Below are positions 24,550 to 37,498 of a stretch of DNA of 64,000 nucleotides, piece after piece. Every line of letters begins with the position of its first letter. Within the stretch, counting starts at the first letter, position 1. The DNA comes from Oculina patagonica. Lineage: Eukaryota. A program made the translations under genes and the position numbers. The notes beneath the pieces are model-generated. The model did no database searches and had not been told where the DNA came from. It saw only the letters and a program-made list of their open reading frames with translations. The stretch covers positions 58,962,001 to 59,026,000 of the forward strand of contig NC_135761.1 in the NCBI RefSeq assembly GCF_052425735.1, given 5' to 3'.

Positions 24550-25416
24550 CTTAGCTTAGCTCCTTTGAGCAATATCTTGTAGACGGTAATAAACCCGTTT
24601 GTATGCGAAACCCTCCCCTTTAAACGAAGTGCAGTCACTCTGCGTTGCAGCATAAACATAAACATAGGATTTATTCAAGATGGAACAAAATACAATAAAA
24701 TACATCTTGAAAAGGAAAACACGAGGTTGTCCCTGTAACGTTTCCATAAATAAACATTAAAAATCGTTAAATACTATATACACTATTAAAACCTAGAGTC
24801 GATGTTTCTGTTGTTGTTGATCGTGTTGTGCTAGCTTACGTGAGGTATTATTAAAATTTAGTGATGTAAGTTATAAAAGATGGTGTCTTGGAACAAACAC
24901 TTGCCTTGACTCAAATAACTCAACATATCGTTATATTGGCAATGTTCCTTTTTATATTATTTCGGGTTTTTCCATACGATAGATTTGACTTGTTATTTTA
25001 CTTATACCACCTTTCAGATATTCATTTGTGGATGCACTTTGACTACACATTATCATGGCAAAAGGGGGAATTCGGGGTTATACAGGCAGCTGGAGAACTC
25101 TCCTTTTTAAAATAAATTTAAAAAAGGGATGTCCAAACACAAGGATTATTTGTAAATTTGCCGACATTAAGCACGTACTCGCCAATTTTAAGCATAGATT
25201 AAAGCATTAAGGTGATATGATTACGGATGTACATTACTTGTTGTACCTATCGGTAAGTGCCAACGAGCGAAATACTCATGTTTGTTCATAAGAACAGATA
25301 TTGAATGGTTTTTGATAGAACTATATTTGAAATGACCAAAATATGGTAAATTGTATTTTAGGTAATATGCGAAAAAAGTGCCATTTCTCTGGTGTTCATA
25401 AATGACACAGGCTTGA

Positions 25417-25521
25417 TAGCCTGCGTAGCAGGCGCCGAAGTTTCCAGCGCGCGTATTCTCGCGATCGCGCACTCTTTTAAACACACTAAAAAACGTACAC
25501 AGATGTCTGCTACGCAGGCTA
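25417..25521. mobile_element. Short palindromic MITE-like element
   Basis: tagcctgcgtagcag ... ctgctacgcaggcta inverted ends. Confidence 0.65.
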
Positions 25522-28012
25522 CGGGTTTGACAGATTGATAACTCTTGACAAATCTTTAAATTCTTTTCAACGTTAAAATGTCACAAAATGTAGGCAATAA
25601 TTAACTATTAAATGAGGTTTAATCACTGTTTGTTAAATACAACACGCGATGGTTAAAATGTTTCCGTCCACAATAGGGATAGTTGCATTTCAAGAACTTC
25701 TTATAAATCAAATCCCAAAATCAAAACTGCTAAGATGCTTTTTGAAAAATAATTTTCAGTAATCAGAGACAGTAATGCACGGGTCAGATTTCAGTCTCGC
25801 ACGCGAAGTGTCATGTTCAGTTACGCAAAACTTGAAAAATTTGAATAGAAAACAAAACTTCAACGGTCAGGATTATCTGGAGACAAAATTTTTATTCAAG
25901 TTAACATTACATTTGCCGTTAGAAGCAAAAAACTTTTGACTTTCTTGTGTGTATGACATGCAGTAATTTTAGTGAGCGTTGCTTTGTATTGATGTTATTC
26001 CTACGCGGAGCGAAAATGTGTGCCAAATAAAATATAAACGGTATTTGATTTGGAATAAATCATCGGTCAAACAATTACTATAAGCACAATCAACACTAAA
26101 AGGAAGCATTTACCCGACTTCAGCATTCTCATAAGTCAAGAAAACTCTATTTGAAGTCAACAGTCCGCTTTTGATTTTCATGTCTCTCTTCGATCGTAAA
26201 TCAAAGGACTCCAAAGTCGAAAGATTATTTCATCGCTTTGAAGACCTTGATGTTCATTTTTTCGGCGGTGGAATATTCTGTAGGGTATTCTCTTTCGATT
26301 TATAATTCCCTAAAGGTGTATTTATCGGTAAAGGGATGAATGACCACATTGAAAATTTTAACAGCGAGCCGCGTGGACGCCATTTTGGTCATTTGCTCTC
26401 TAGCAAGGATTGAGAGACTGGGAACCAGTTGGGAAGAACAATACAACCCAAATATGGGGTTTACTTACACCCAAATATGGTCAAAAAAAAGTCCCTTACG
26501 CAGAACTTAAGATTTTCTCTGCCTATACACTCATACGCACACGGCTCTATGATTCTGCCGCCTCGACAGCCTCGCCTCTTGGCTCGCCTGTCTCGTTGGC
26601 AATTAAAAAAAAATGGTCAGCCGCAAGCGAAACGTATGTCTTTGTCACACAGAAGAAAGAAGTTTCCGAGTGGAAAAAAATTGCTTCCGATACAAACGTT
26701 TCCGAAGCGTAAATACAAGCATTAAGGTGATATAATTACGGATGCATTTTTGAAGAAGAAATGGTTAGCCGCAAACAAAACGTGATGTCTTTGTCACACA
26801 GAAGGAAAAAGTTTCCGAGTGGGTAGAAAATTGCTTCCAAAATATACGTTTCCTTTCGTGCTAATTACAGGGAAACTTTTGTTCCTACGACAGATAATGC
26901 TTCCACTGGCCAGAATGCTTCATTTTTCAGCCCGACATAAATCGAATTTCAATCCATCCATATTTTTTTTAAACAGGGTCCTCTTTACCTCTTTGCAAAA
27001 TGGAATCACGTAAATATATTTGGTTTTTCACGCGTCACGAATAATTCTAAAAATGTTTTCACGTTCACGCAAAAATCTTGGCGATCCCTGTTTAGACTTT
27101 TACGCTGTGAAGGTGTAAAACCGAATATTATGTCTGTCAAGATCACACACGCGGCAAAACAGCTGACAAATGTTTCATCTGTTTAAAACCCAACCACAGA
27201 GCTAAAACAAAGACGTACGTTTACTCGTCTTAAATACAAAATCAGAAATAATGTCACGAAAAAACGAGATGATTCACGATTCACTAATTCAACTCTTCTA
27301 TTACGGGTCACGTTTAAGCTAAAAATTGCCTTCACGCGCACGTGAAAAGGTCTTAAAATTGGGAATCACGAATCACGAAAAAATAAAAGCCCAAAACACG
27401 TTTCCCTGTTTAAATGCCAGGGTGATATACAACAGTTATTACGCTCACTGCTAGACTGCAACACAGTCGTATCTTTTGCGAACACGCTCAGTCTTCGAAC
27501 GAAGACGAGAGAGGTCTGGAGCCATTGTTAAAACTGTGAGTGAGACTGGGGAGATTCGGCGCCTCGCGCCTTCGATAAGCGCTTTTTCCAATTACTTTAG
27601 AGAAAAAACGACTGTTTTGTAGTCTATCTCACTACATTCTGTGATATTCAGAGCAGCTCATAGCAACGTTTCGAAAACAATAAAGCCTAGTTGATTTCGC
27701 TGGCCTCCATTACAAACGTTTTCCAACTGTTTCTATTATTTCAGCTGCATGCCTTACGTCTTCTAGTAAACATAAAGAATTAAAATATGCCGGTCTGCTT
27801 CTGAAATTCTAATTTTCGACCTGCCTGGAATAATATAATAATAAAAAAATATAGCGCCATATCCATGGCTCATGGCGCTTTACAGTAAAATATTATTAAA
27901 AAATGAAAATTACTTAAAAAAAATTTACATCAGTGATAAGAGGAAATACTAACAAATAAAATAGCTAAGCTGTAAAAATGGAAATAAAACTAAGAATTAT
28001 TAAAGCCTTTAA

Positions 28013-31000
28013 GAGTGTGCCCGTGAGAGAACAGGGCAGAAACAGGTAACAGGTGATACAGCTCATATCACCGATTTCGCCCAAAATTAGCATAAATGTT
28101 GGGTATGGGGAGCTATTTACTGTGACAAAACATCAGCTTAAAATATTTTATTCCCTTCAAGTTATGGCACCTTTTGCAAAAATGGCCATTTTTCACTAAT
28201 TTATGCATATTTAATTAGATGACTTTGATTGACCAGTTCCACAAGAAAAAAAGACTTCTGAAAATAAAATTCACTGCACTATATTCTGTGGTTATTAGGC
28301 TTTAAGTACAATAATTCACTTCAACCGTCTGATTTGATTTCTTCTCCTCAAACGGTCTTTTGGAAGGTACACATTTCGTACTGTTGGAAATAGCCTTTAA
28401 CTAGCGCCCAATATCTCCCATGAGCAACAACTTATATACATTATTCTTACATGGGTAATGAAATCCATCTCTAAACTTCACAAAAATGCCACAAAATGTC
28501 TGGGGACTTCAATATTTTATTATTATTGAGGAACTAAACACACGTGACTTAACGATTTCTTGCTATTTCATCAAAATTCACCGAAACACAGAAGCCATTT
28601 ATTTGCCTCAATTTGGTATAAAGTCGGTACGAAATAGCTAATCAAGCATAAATCTATAGATAACAATCAAAATATTGGCGAAGAAAAGGCAGTTAGGACA
28701 TTTTTCGGAGCGTTTTCAGAGCCGATATAATTCAGCAATGTTGTGATAGCAAATGTAAAAATAGCAGCGAAAGATTTTCTTCAAAAGCTCGCTCAATTCA
28801 ACATTTAGGCACATCAAAGTTAAGAAACAAGAAAGTAATACTACATACATGCCACTTATCGACACACAGATGCTTTCTTTTGAAGGATTTGTTCTTCCTC
28901 GCTGTACTTCGATCCTTCGATCGATCTCAATTGACATGTACTGTTGCTTTGAGGTGCGATGAACTTAGCCAATACATCGTGGTTCATTCTTCGTGAAAGG
29001 TGTAAACAGGTTGTCAATAAAGTCATTCAAAGAGCTGTTCAAAGTTCACGGAAGGACACTTTTCTCAGCCAGTTGGCATGAAATAAATTTAACTGGAAAA
29101 TAAACATCCGCTATGTTGAATTTCTACCTTTGAGCCTGCGGTTTCAGTCAGCGGTACGGTCGTTCACTGAGCATCACGCGTCCATCACGCGTGACCACAC
29201 GCGCGATCATTTGCTTTTCCTCTGCGAGTGTTCGTTGGATGCGTTTGTGATGAAAATGAGAATATTTTCAAATTGTCGTAGGGAAAACTATTTCCTCCGC
29301 TACAGCTTGACGTGTTTACCGCAATGTGATGCTGAACAAATTCTAGGGTGCTTACCATTTGTTGGAGAGAACCGGTTGGAATTGAAAGGTTTCTTTCCAA
29401 AATTAGCAAACTTACCGAAATAGATGTCGCTTACCATTTGTAGCTCAGTTTCCTGTTATTTCTTTCCGAAGGATGGGAGACTAGAACTGGGAAACCTTAC
29501 AAATGGTAAGAAAATTTCTGACGTTCCGTCAATTTCCGAAGAGATTTTCCAGAAAAAATTCTGTTCCATTTGACTTTCACCGAAACAGATCTAGAGTTCT
29601 TGATTTTTATGTTCAACGGTCGGCATGCACGGCAACCAAATCAAAATAATTGTTAATGTTCCAAAATGACGCTAAATGGCGGTATAAAACTGCTCCGACG
29701 TCTCGGCAATACTGCCTTTTTTGGGGTGGCACCCTGAAGAAGGCAGTATTGCCGAAACGTCGGAGCAGTTTTATACCGCCATTTAGCGTCATTTTGGAAC
29801 ATAAACAATTATTTTTAGCATAAAAGACGCTACACAGTTAAACAAATCAAAATGTCAACGTCTCCCAATTACTTTCCAGACATTTGTATTTTTTATTGCT
29901 TGCTCAAATTCCCCTCCCCTGGCGGAAATAGTGATTAATACCGCGCATAACGATTACATTTTTTGACCAAATTCCCCTACCCCCGGGGCATAAATGGGAA
30001 AAAAAGGAATAACTCAGCAAAATTGGAGAATAACGTTTACCACGGGATAAATCACTATCCGGTGGATAGCGAGGTAGGTTTTGTAATCGTAGCAGGTGGT
30101 CTTTCTTGCGCAAGTGCTTTAGTTGGGGGAGCGTCTGTGCTGAACTGAACAAAGTATTCACGTACGAAATGCCTTTAGCGACGCAGTCTATATGGCGCAG
30201 CAAATATATACATATATCTATAAAGGTGTGAATGTAGAGAGAGAAAACAACAAAAAATAAAACGGGTTTCCCTCGCGTTGACCTCGAAGAAGACAGAAGA
30301 CTACCTGTGCTGGTTGAAACATTAGCTAATAAGTTTTGCCGTCTTGCGTAGTCCTAGTCTTGCAATAAATTTGTTAAGCGTTAATGCGGGGTTTAAGCTC
30401 TTTACAAAAGTCTGCATTCGCGTCTTTGTAACTCACATAGCCACTTAAATTGAGTCGGTGATGAAGAAAATTATCATTTGAAGCCGCAATTCGTCACTTG
30501 CAATGTGGGCATTCAGGAGGAAAAATTTGTCCCCATAAATGCCCTTTTCTAAAACAAAACTGCAGTAATGACGTTTATCGGTAAATGGACAGATGGAGAA
30601 CTTTGTGGGATCCCGAAAAAGAGATTGGGGACAAATTCAGTCTCCTAGCTGCCAAAGTGTAATATAATATAGACGATTTGAACAGAAGGAATAGATGTAC
30701 ACAGGCCAGGCTGACAACCTGACCGCCATTTCTTCGAATGTCCATATTCACCCCCTCCCCCACCTCCCAAAAAGACAGAAACAACAAAAAAACAATAAAC
30801 ATACTAGTTTTAACCTGATATAAGATGGAAAAAACTTGCTCTGATCATTTAATGGTTTCCGAAATTTCAGAGCTCAATTTCAAAGCATCAAAACCGATTG
30901 CATCGCATACATTACACTGCATCCAGTGTATTTCTCATCAACTATTTATCAAAAAAATTCATTGGAGAAGTTGAAAAAAATTCTCACTTTTACAAGAAAC

Positions 31001-32405
31001 GCACACTACTTATAAGGCTAAGATCAAGCCCCGGTTGTTCAGAGGGTAGATAACGCCATCCGCTACTTATTCCAACGAAAACAAACATTTACGGAGGAAA
31101 AGCAAATGAACACGCGTGTGTATAGCTGTGTATAGCTGTGTTAAACTATGTATAGGTGTGTATAGCTGTGTAGGGCTAGGCTATGTATCCCCTCTATGAA
31201 TATCCCTATATAGGATTTAGTCAAACAACTATATGATGACTACACTACGTACTTGCCCCAGTGAACGGCCGTACCGCTGACTGAAACGGCAGGCTCAAAG
31301 GTAGAAATACAACATGGCGGCTGTTTATTTTCCAGTTAAATTTATTTCATTCAAACTGGCTGAGAGAAGTGTCCTTCCGTGAACTTTGAACAGCTCTTTA
31401 AAAGACTTTATTGACAACCTGTTTACACCTTTCACGAAGAATGAACCACGATGTATTGGCTAAGTTCATCGCGCCTCAAAGCAACAGTACATGTCAATTG
31501 AGATCGATCGAAGGATCGAAGTGCAGCGAGGAAGAACAAATCCTTCAAAAGAAAGCATCTGTGTGTCGATAAGTGGCATGTATGTAGTATTACTTTCTTG
31601 TTTCTTAACTTTGATGTGCCTAAATGTTGAATTGAGCGAACTTTTGAAGAAAATCTTTCGCTGCTATTTTTACATTTGCTATCACAACATTGCCGAATTA
31701 TATCGGCTCTGAAAACGCTCCGAAAAATGTCCTAACTGCCTTTTCTTCGCCAATATTTTGATTGTTATCTATAGATTTATGCTTGATTAGCTATTTCGTA
31801 CCGACTTTATGCCAAATTGAGGCAAATAAATGGCTTCTGTGTTTCGGTGAATTTTGATGAAATAGCAAGAAATCGTTAAGTCACGTGTGTTTAGTTCCTC
31901 AATAATAATAAAATATTGAAGTCCCCAGACATTTTGTGGCATTTTTGTGAAGTTTAGAGATGGATTTCATTACCCATGTAAGAATAATGTATATAAGTTG
32001 TTGCTCATGGGAGATATTGGGCGCTAGTTAAAGGCTATTTCCAACAGTACGAAATGTGTACCTTCCAAAAGACCGTTTGAGGAGAAGAAATCAAATCAGA
32101 CGGTTGAAGTGAATTATTGTACTTAAAGCCTAATAACCACAGAATATAGTGCAGTGAATTTTATTTTCAGAAGTCTTTTTTTCTTGTGGAACTGTTCAAT
32201 CAAAGTCATCTAATTAAATATGCATAAATTAGTGAAAAATGGCCATTTTTGCAAAAGGTGCCATAACTTGAAGAGAATAAAATATTTTAAGCTGATGTTT
32301 TGTCACAGTAAATAGCTCACCACACCCAGCATTTATGCTTAGTTTGGGCGAAATCGGTGATATGAGCTGTATCACATGTTGCCTGGTCCTCTTATGGACA
32401 CACTC
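28013..32405. mobile_element. 4.4-kb non-autonomous foldback DNA transposon with TTAA TSD (Kolobok-like termini)
   Basis: TTAA at 28009-28012 and 32406-32409; termini GAGTGTG../..CACACTC; about 1.15-kb inverted arms (28013-29169 / 31259-32405); empty site cctttaaatgaaaaacg near 12660; no transposase ORF. Confidence 0.85.
29729..29766 (+). ncRNA. Minimal type I hammerhead ribozyme inside a 170-bp palindrome (about 29643-29816)
   Basis: GCACC-CUGAAGA-A-GGCA guau UGCC-GAAA-C-GUC-GGAGC: intact core, GUC triplet, palindromic stem III. Confidence 0.75.
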
Positions 32406-34234
32406 TTAAATGAAAAACGAACTCGTTGACTAACTAACTTAACTAATTAACTAAGTAACTAACTAACTGTCTAACTAAACTATCTAATTTACTGGTTAAC
32501 TGACTAACTAAAAGTCTAATTATAAAATTTGTTAAAAAGGTATGTCTTAAGACAAGTCTTAAAATCTGATAGCGAGCCGCTCTCTCTTATATAGTTCGGG
32601 AGAGAGTTCCATAGGCTAGGTGCTACAAAAGAGAAGCACCTATGGCCATAGCTTACTAACTTCACAGATGGTATTTTTAATAAGTTTTTAGAGGAGGATG
32701 TGATAATAAACGCATCAAGTAAGACCTGATAGAAATCAAAGCCTCAATCGATTGATATAATATTTAGGAAGAAATATAAACCTATTTATGGGAAGAAATA
32801 ACATTTGCATTGCTGAAAATGTGCACTCCTTCCACAAAAAAATATGAATTGAAAAACAAGTCCCTCGTATTTGAATGACGATTTTTTTACAGAATTATTA
32901 TTTATTCCGATTAGAAAACCCCCTACCAATGTTTCTTAATTTATTTCATATCATTGAGAAAATTTAAGTGTCTGTTCAAACATTTCGGGCTTTCATTTGA
33001 CTGATAATCACAACTTATTTCATGAGCACACGTTAGATATGAGGTGATAAAATAACCAACGAAAGCGTAGCACGAGTTGGTTATGATCACTTTTTGCATG
33101 AGCACGATTCAATTTGACGAAAACGAAGCGACTGTATAAACGGCGGCAAAATCGGCGGCGCATTGTTCACTGTGTAAGCTTAAGACTGGTTTTCATATAA
33201 TTGCCCCGATCGTTTCTATCGCCACTGTCGCTCTAAAACGTTTCTTGCGATCGGGACGATTATATGAGAAACATTACACAGGCGATCGCTAACGTCTGCG
33301 GCGATTGGGGCGATCACGATTGCTTGGATCGCCCGTGTTCTACCCTTCTAGCTTTTCTATCCCTTCTTCGCCGTAAAACAGCAATAACTGAGAAAATAGG
33401 AGGCCACGAGTTTTTCTCTTTCATTTAAGGTTGCTATTGTGTTGGATCTAGGACTTAGATGATTGTTCTTCGTAGCGGACATCGGTACGATCATATGAGA
33501 ACCCCCCGATCGCTTGCAATCGCTTCGATCGCCTACGATCGTCTCAGTATTTGCAAACGATTGGAGCAAAAGAAAAAAACTTCTGAACTCAGACGCAATG
33601 AACTCAGACACAATTAATCTCAACGAGGGAAGGGGAAGTTAATAGCTGCACGGATGCCCACCGATGGGAGAAAGATTGCTCTTCTACATAATTTCACCGT
33701 CGGAAAGGCGGTGTTGTTTTATTACACCGCCACGAAAATTTGCCGTCTCCTCTCTCTCATTCATTGTGCTCGCGATCGTTTGAAAGCAATATTCTTCAAG
33801 AATTGAAGCGCCTTGTCCAGATATAAGGTAACAAACTTTACTGAATTGCCAGCACTAATCAGTAGTGAAACACAACGCTTACACTTTCTGAACCAAATTG
33901 CGTTGGTTTTCAGATCTTCGAGTAAATTGTTTATTCAGTGCTGCTTTGCACACCAACTCGTTTTTCTTTTTTTATGTTGTTTGTCAACAGGAATTTGCCA
34001 TTAAATATTTCGCATGAAGCTTCGTGCTTTAAAGTTATTTGTTTGTGAACAGGGGAAATGCTCTTTATAGTAAATGTCCTTCTTGTCATCTTTTGTAATA
34101 TTTCTTCTCGGCACGAACAAAATTGTAAACAGATTGACCGCCTATTTTCGCTATAAGATAAACTCTGGTTTTTTCTTGAATTACCATATCTTCCGTAATC
34201 AGAAGAAGCCGAGTTCATTATTTTCCCAAGCCGT

Positions 34235-34745
34235 TTGATGTTTTCTTTTGTTCTCAAACAAGCTTGATTTTCTCGAAATCTAGATTGACTCTTGGTATTC
34301 ACTTTTTGATATGTTAAAGTATAGTAGATTGTACGCAAAATTTTAGGAAAATCTGTAAGAGCGTTTTAGAGTAAATTAAGAATGAAGTTTTTGGTATTTT
34401 CTTATAATTTCCTAGAATCGGCAGTCGATATATTTTAACAAATTAAAGCAAAAAGTCTTTCGCTTTTGGTTAATGGTCTTTTATGGTGTAAGTAGTTATA
34501 TTTCAGTGAGAGTAACTGTGATCAAATAATACGAAACAATTTTAAAGCGCCTATTTTATATTAAAACGGTGTTTTTTCTAAAAATTTCATTCTTGATTTA
34601 CGTGAAAACGCTCTTACAGATTTTTCTAAAATTTCGTCAACAGTTAGTCAATCAACTAAACTTTAGCATATCAAAAAATGAATACCAAGAGTCAATCTAG
34701 ATTTCGAGAAAATCAAGCTTGTTTGAGAACAAAAGAAAACATCAA
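34235..34745. repeat. About 510-bp imperfect palindrome, probably a rearranged DNA-transposon fragment
   Basis: ttgatgttttcttttgttctcaaacaagcttgattttctcgaaatctagattgactcttggtattc mirrored at 34679-34745; absent from the paralogous site near 14435. Confidence 0.8.
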
Positions 34746-35922
34746 TCGTTGCTATGGTACCCTTTGTGACTAAGTGACGGGTAAAAAATTAAAATTTGGT
34801 CATATTTGATCATTATGGTGTATTTTGGCAAAAATCAAACATTGGCTTCCTAGATAATTTTAATTTTCAAAATAACCACCCTTCGGCTAAAAAACTACAT
34901 CGAGCCTCCTTAAGCAAACTAAAAGCTAGAAATGCGATAACCGAGGTTGAGAATGTACTAAAGAGGTTATTCTGTGTTACGTCATTCGGTTCAGATTTCG
35001 ATACCACTTCAAATGTTTTTGTGGACACAATTTGCAGTACAACCCCCACCCCAAAAGATAGAAACTTAACTAGTTTATTAAGGTTCCTTTGAACACTACC
35101 TTTTATTGTGTTTTCGAATCGAGTTAACGTTTACCCTTTAAAAAGATGTCGATGTGCAATTCGATGTCTGAAATTTCTCGCACATTCCACGTTGCATTTC
35201 TCAATGCAAATGCATTCAAATCTAGAATGAAAAACTTAACAGATGCCTTAAAAAAACTCAACAGATGCTTTAGTTGTTACCGCATGAAGTTGAAACCCCT
35301 CTGAGTCTAAGATTTATTTTCGGAACTCTGTGATGATTAATAAAAGCAATTTTTCCAAATTGATTTTCAAAGCTTTTCCTCATTAAAAAACGCGAAACGG
35401 TTCTAGCAGAGCAAAAGGAGAAAAGATGAAAGATGAACAAACTTTCCCCTTTATTTACGGACGCGTTTCTTGATACGCTTTACGATTCGCACAGGCAAAG
35501 CTCGGTACTTTTTTATTATTTTTAGCCAGAGAATGTGTTTATAACCTTCAGAAAAGAGTGAAAAACACCTTAATAATTTATGACTAAGCTCACTAAGCCC
35601 ATCCGGATAAACCAAATATATTTGTATGTGCGGCGCCAACGGGGTTTTACTCCCTAAATCAAGTTGAATATAAACAAGCATACGCATCTGTGCTCAGGTT
35701 TTCTTTTCTAATTACTTGCAGCTTTAATTTATAAGAGAGCACACTTAGCCCATCCAATGTTAACGTATTTATATATAAAAAAAAATCACTCAAGCGATGT
35801 TGTCGGGTTTGTAGTCAAACTGAGACCAGTTTTCTTGTTTTCGTTCCATTATTATCGATGCATTCGCGCCTTTTTTTACATTTTTTTATAGTTTACGCTT
35901 TTTCAAATAGCTCCTGGTAACA

Positions 35923-36235
35923 GTTTACCTTTTAGACTACCAAAATTATTTACTTTGCACTACCAAAATTATTTACTTTGCACTACCAAAATTATTTACT
36001 TTGCACTACCAAAATTATTTACCTTGCACTACCAAAATTATTTACCTTGCACTACCAAAACTATTTACCTTGCACTACCAAACTTATATCCTTGCACTAC
36101 CAAAATTGTTTACCTTGCACTTCCAAAATTGTTTACGGTAGACTTCAAAAATTATTAACCTTAGACTTAGACGCTTCTTCACTTACTTTCACTTTATCCA
36201 AGTTGCCATTTCACTTTACATTTACTACCAAAATT
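35923..36235. repeat. 23-bp minisatellite, shorter paralog of 15294-15838
   Basis: Same unit, fewer copies. Confidence 0.9.
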
Positions 36236-36490
36236 GTTTACATAAAACTTCCAAAGCAAATGACTGGCTGTTCATGAGCAGAGTCTTTTCAATTCTTGCC
36301 TCAAGCTGAGTTCTAAACAGGCGTCCATACAAGTTTTTATGTTTTTCTTTCCTATTACTTTAGACGGTATATTTTTAGAAGTGTTCTAGGCAAAGGGATA
36401 CAACATCTGATTGAGCAGTTCAACTAAGGTTCTCTGCTCGAAGAAAAGGTTTTCTCGTTGACAATGTCGACACATCAGTCTAAACAGTCA

Positions 36491-37498
36491 TCATGCCCAG
36501 GCAAGCATTTCCCTAAACGACTGGCGAAACCTTTTTGTGACGATAGCATAAATCAGTGGGTTACATGCAGAATTGAAAAGATAAAAGAAGAAGCAAATTC
36601 TAAACATCACATAGGCGTATTTTTGGAATATGCGGTGATTGAAGTAAAACAGACCAGCCATACGAAAAAGGGTGAGAGGAAGAATTGCGATCGCGAATAC
36701 GACAACCACTGGAGTCATGATCTTGTTGAATCTTCTGCTACGCGTTTTCACGAGACTTACTTGGCTGCTTTTGAAACTCCCACTGAAACTGTGGTCGGCC
36801 ATCTCTAAATGGAACGTTTCGCTCTTGTACAACTTGCGTTTGATGGTGCAGTAGGTCACAAAGATCAAGGTTAACGGTACGACATAGGTAAACAGGGACA
36901 TGGCAATGCTGTAGATGAGAGGAAACTCAGAATTGGGCCAAATTGCGGAGCAGAGCGGTTTTGCATCAGGTGGCTGTTGGTACTCATAAACAAGGATCAG
37001 AGGCATCGAGATCGCTAACAACGAAATGACCCAGATAGCAGCGCAAACGATTCTTGGTACTGTCAGTGATCGGAGAGCCAGCCGAGGAATATCAGCGGAT
37101 AGCATGCGATACCTGTCCACTGCAACGGCAGCAATCGACCAAACAGACACGCCGAAAAAGATGTCGCTTAACGGGAAAACATATCGGCATGTGAATTCAC
37201 CAAGCGGCCAATAAGTGAATTGTTCCCTAACTATACCCAGTGGAAACGTGACAAGAAGCGTTGCCAAATCTGCGATGGCCACATTCCTGATGTAAGTATT
37301 CGAGGGAGCTGTGTTCAGCGTACGGTGTCGCGTTATAGCAAAGCAAACCACGAAGTTTCCAATGACGCCTGCGAAAGCGATAATGGATTCAACGGTGAGT
37401 CGAATAATAGCAAACCAAGTAGGCTCGATAATGATGTCGACTGCATGAGTTGACTGCGTCGAATTGCCTTGTACGACGGTTGTGTTGTTGAAAGACAT
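36491..37498 (-). CDS. Intronless class A GPCR (copy 3), 335 aa
   Basis: ATG at 37498 (MSFNNTTVVQG); canonical ADL, DRY and NPLIY motifs. Confidence 0.93.
   Translation of the reverse strand: MSFNNTTVVQGNSTQSTHAVDIIIEPTWFAIIRLTVESIIAFAGVIGNFVVCFAITRHRTLNTAPSNTYIRNVAIADLATLLVTFPLGIVREQFTYWPLGEFTCRYVFPLSDIFFGVSVWSIAAVAVDRYRMLSADIPRLALRSLTVPRIVCAAIWVISLLAISMPLILVYEYQQPPDAKPLCSAIWPNSEFPLIYSIAMSLFTYVVPLTLIFVTYCTIKRKLYKSETFHLEMADHSFSGSFKSSQVSLVKTRSRRFNKIMTPVVVVFAIAILPLTLFRMAGLFYFNHRIFQKYAYVMFRICFFFYLFNSACNPLIYAIVTKRFRQSFREMLAWA

Noticed and set aside
28716-31712. Two identical 73-aa ORFs (MSIEIDRR...) on opposite strands
   Set aside because: A consequence of the inverted arms of the foldback element; no domain evidence
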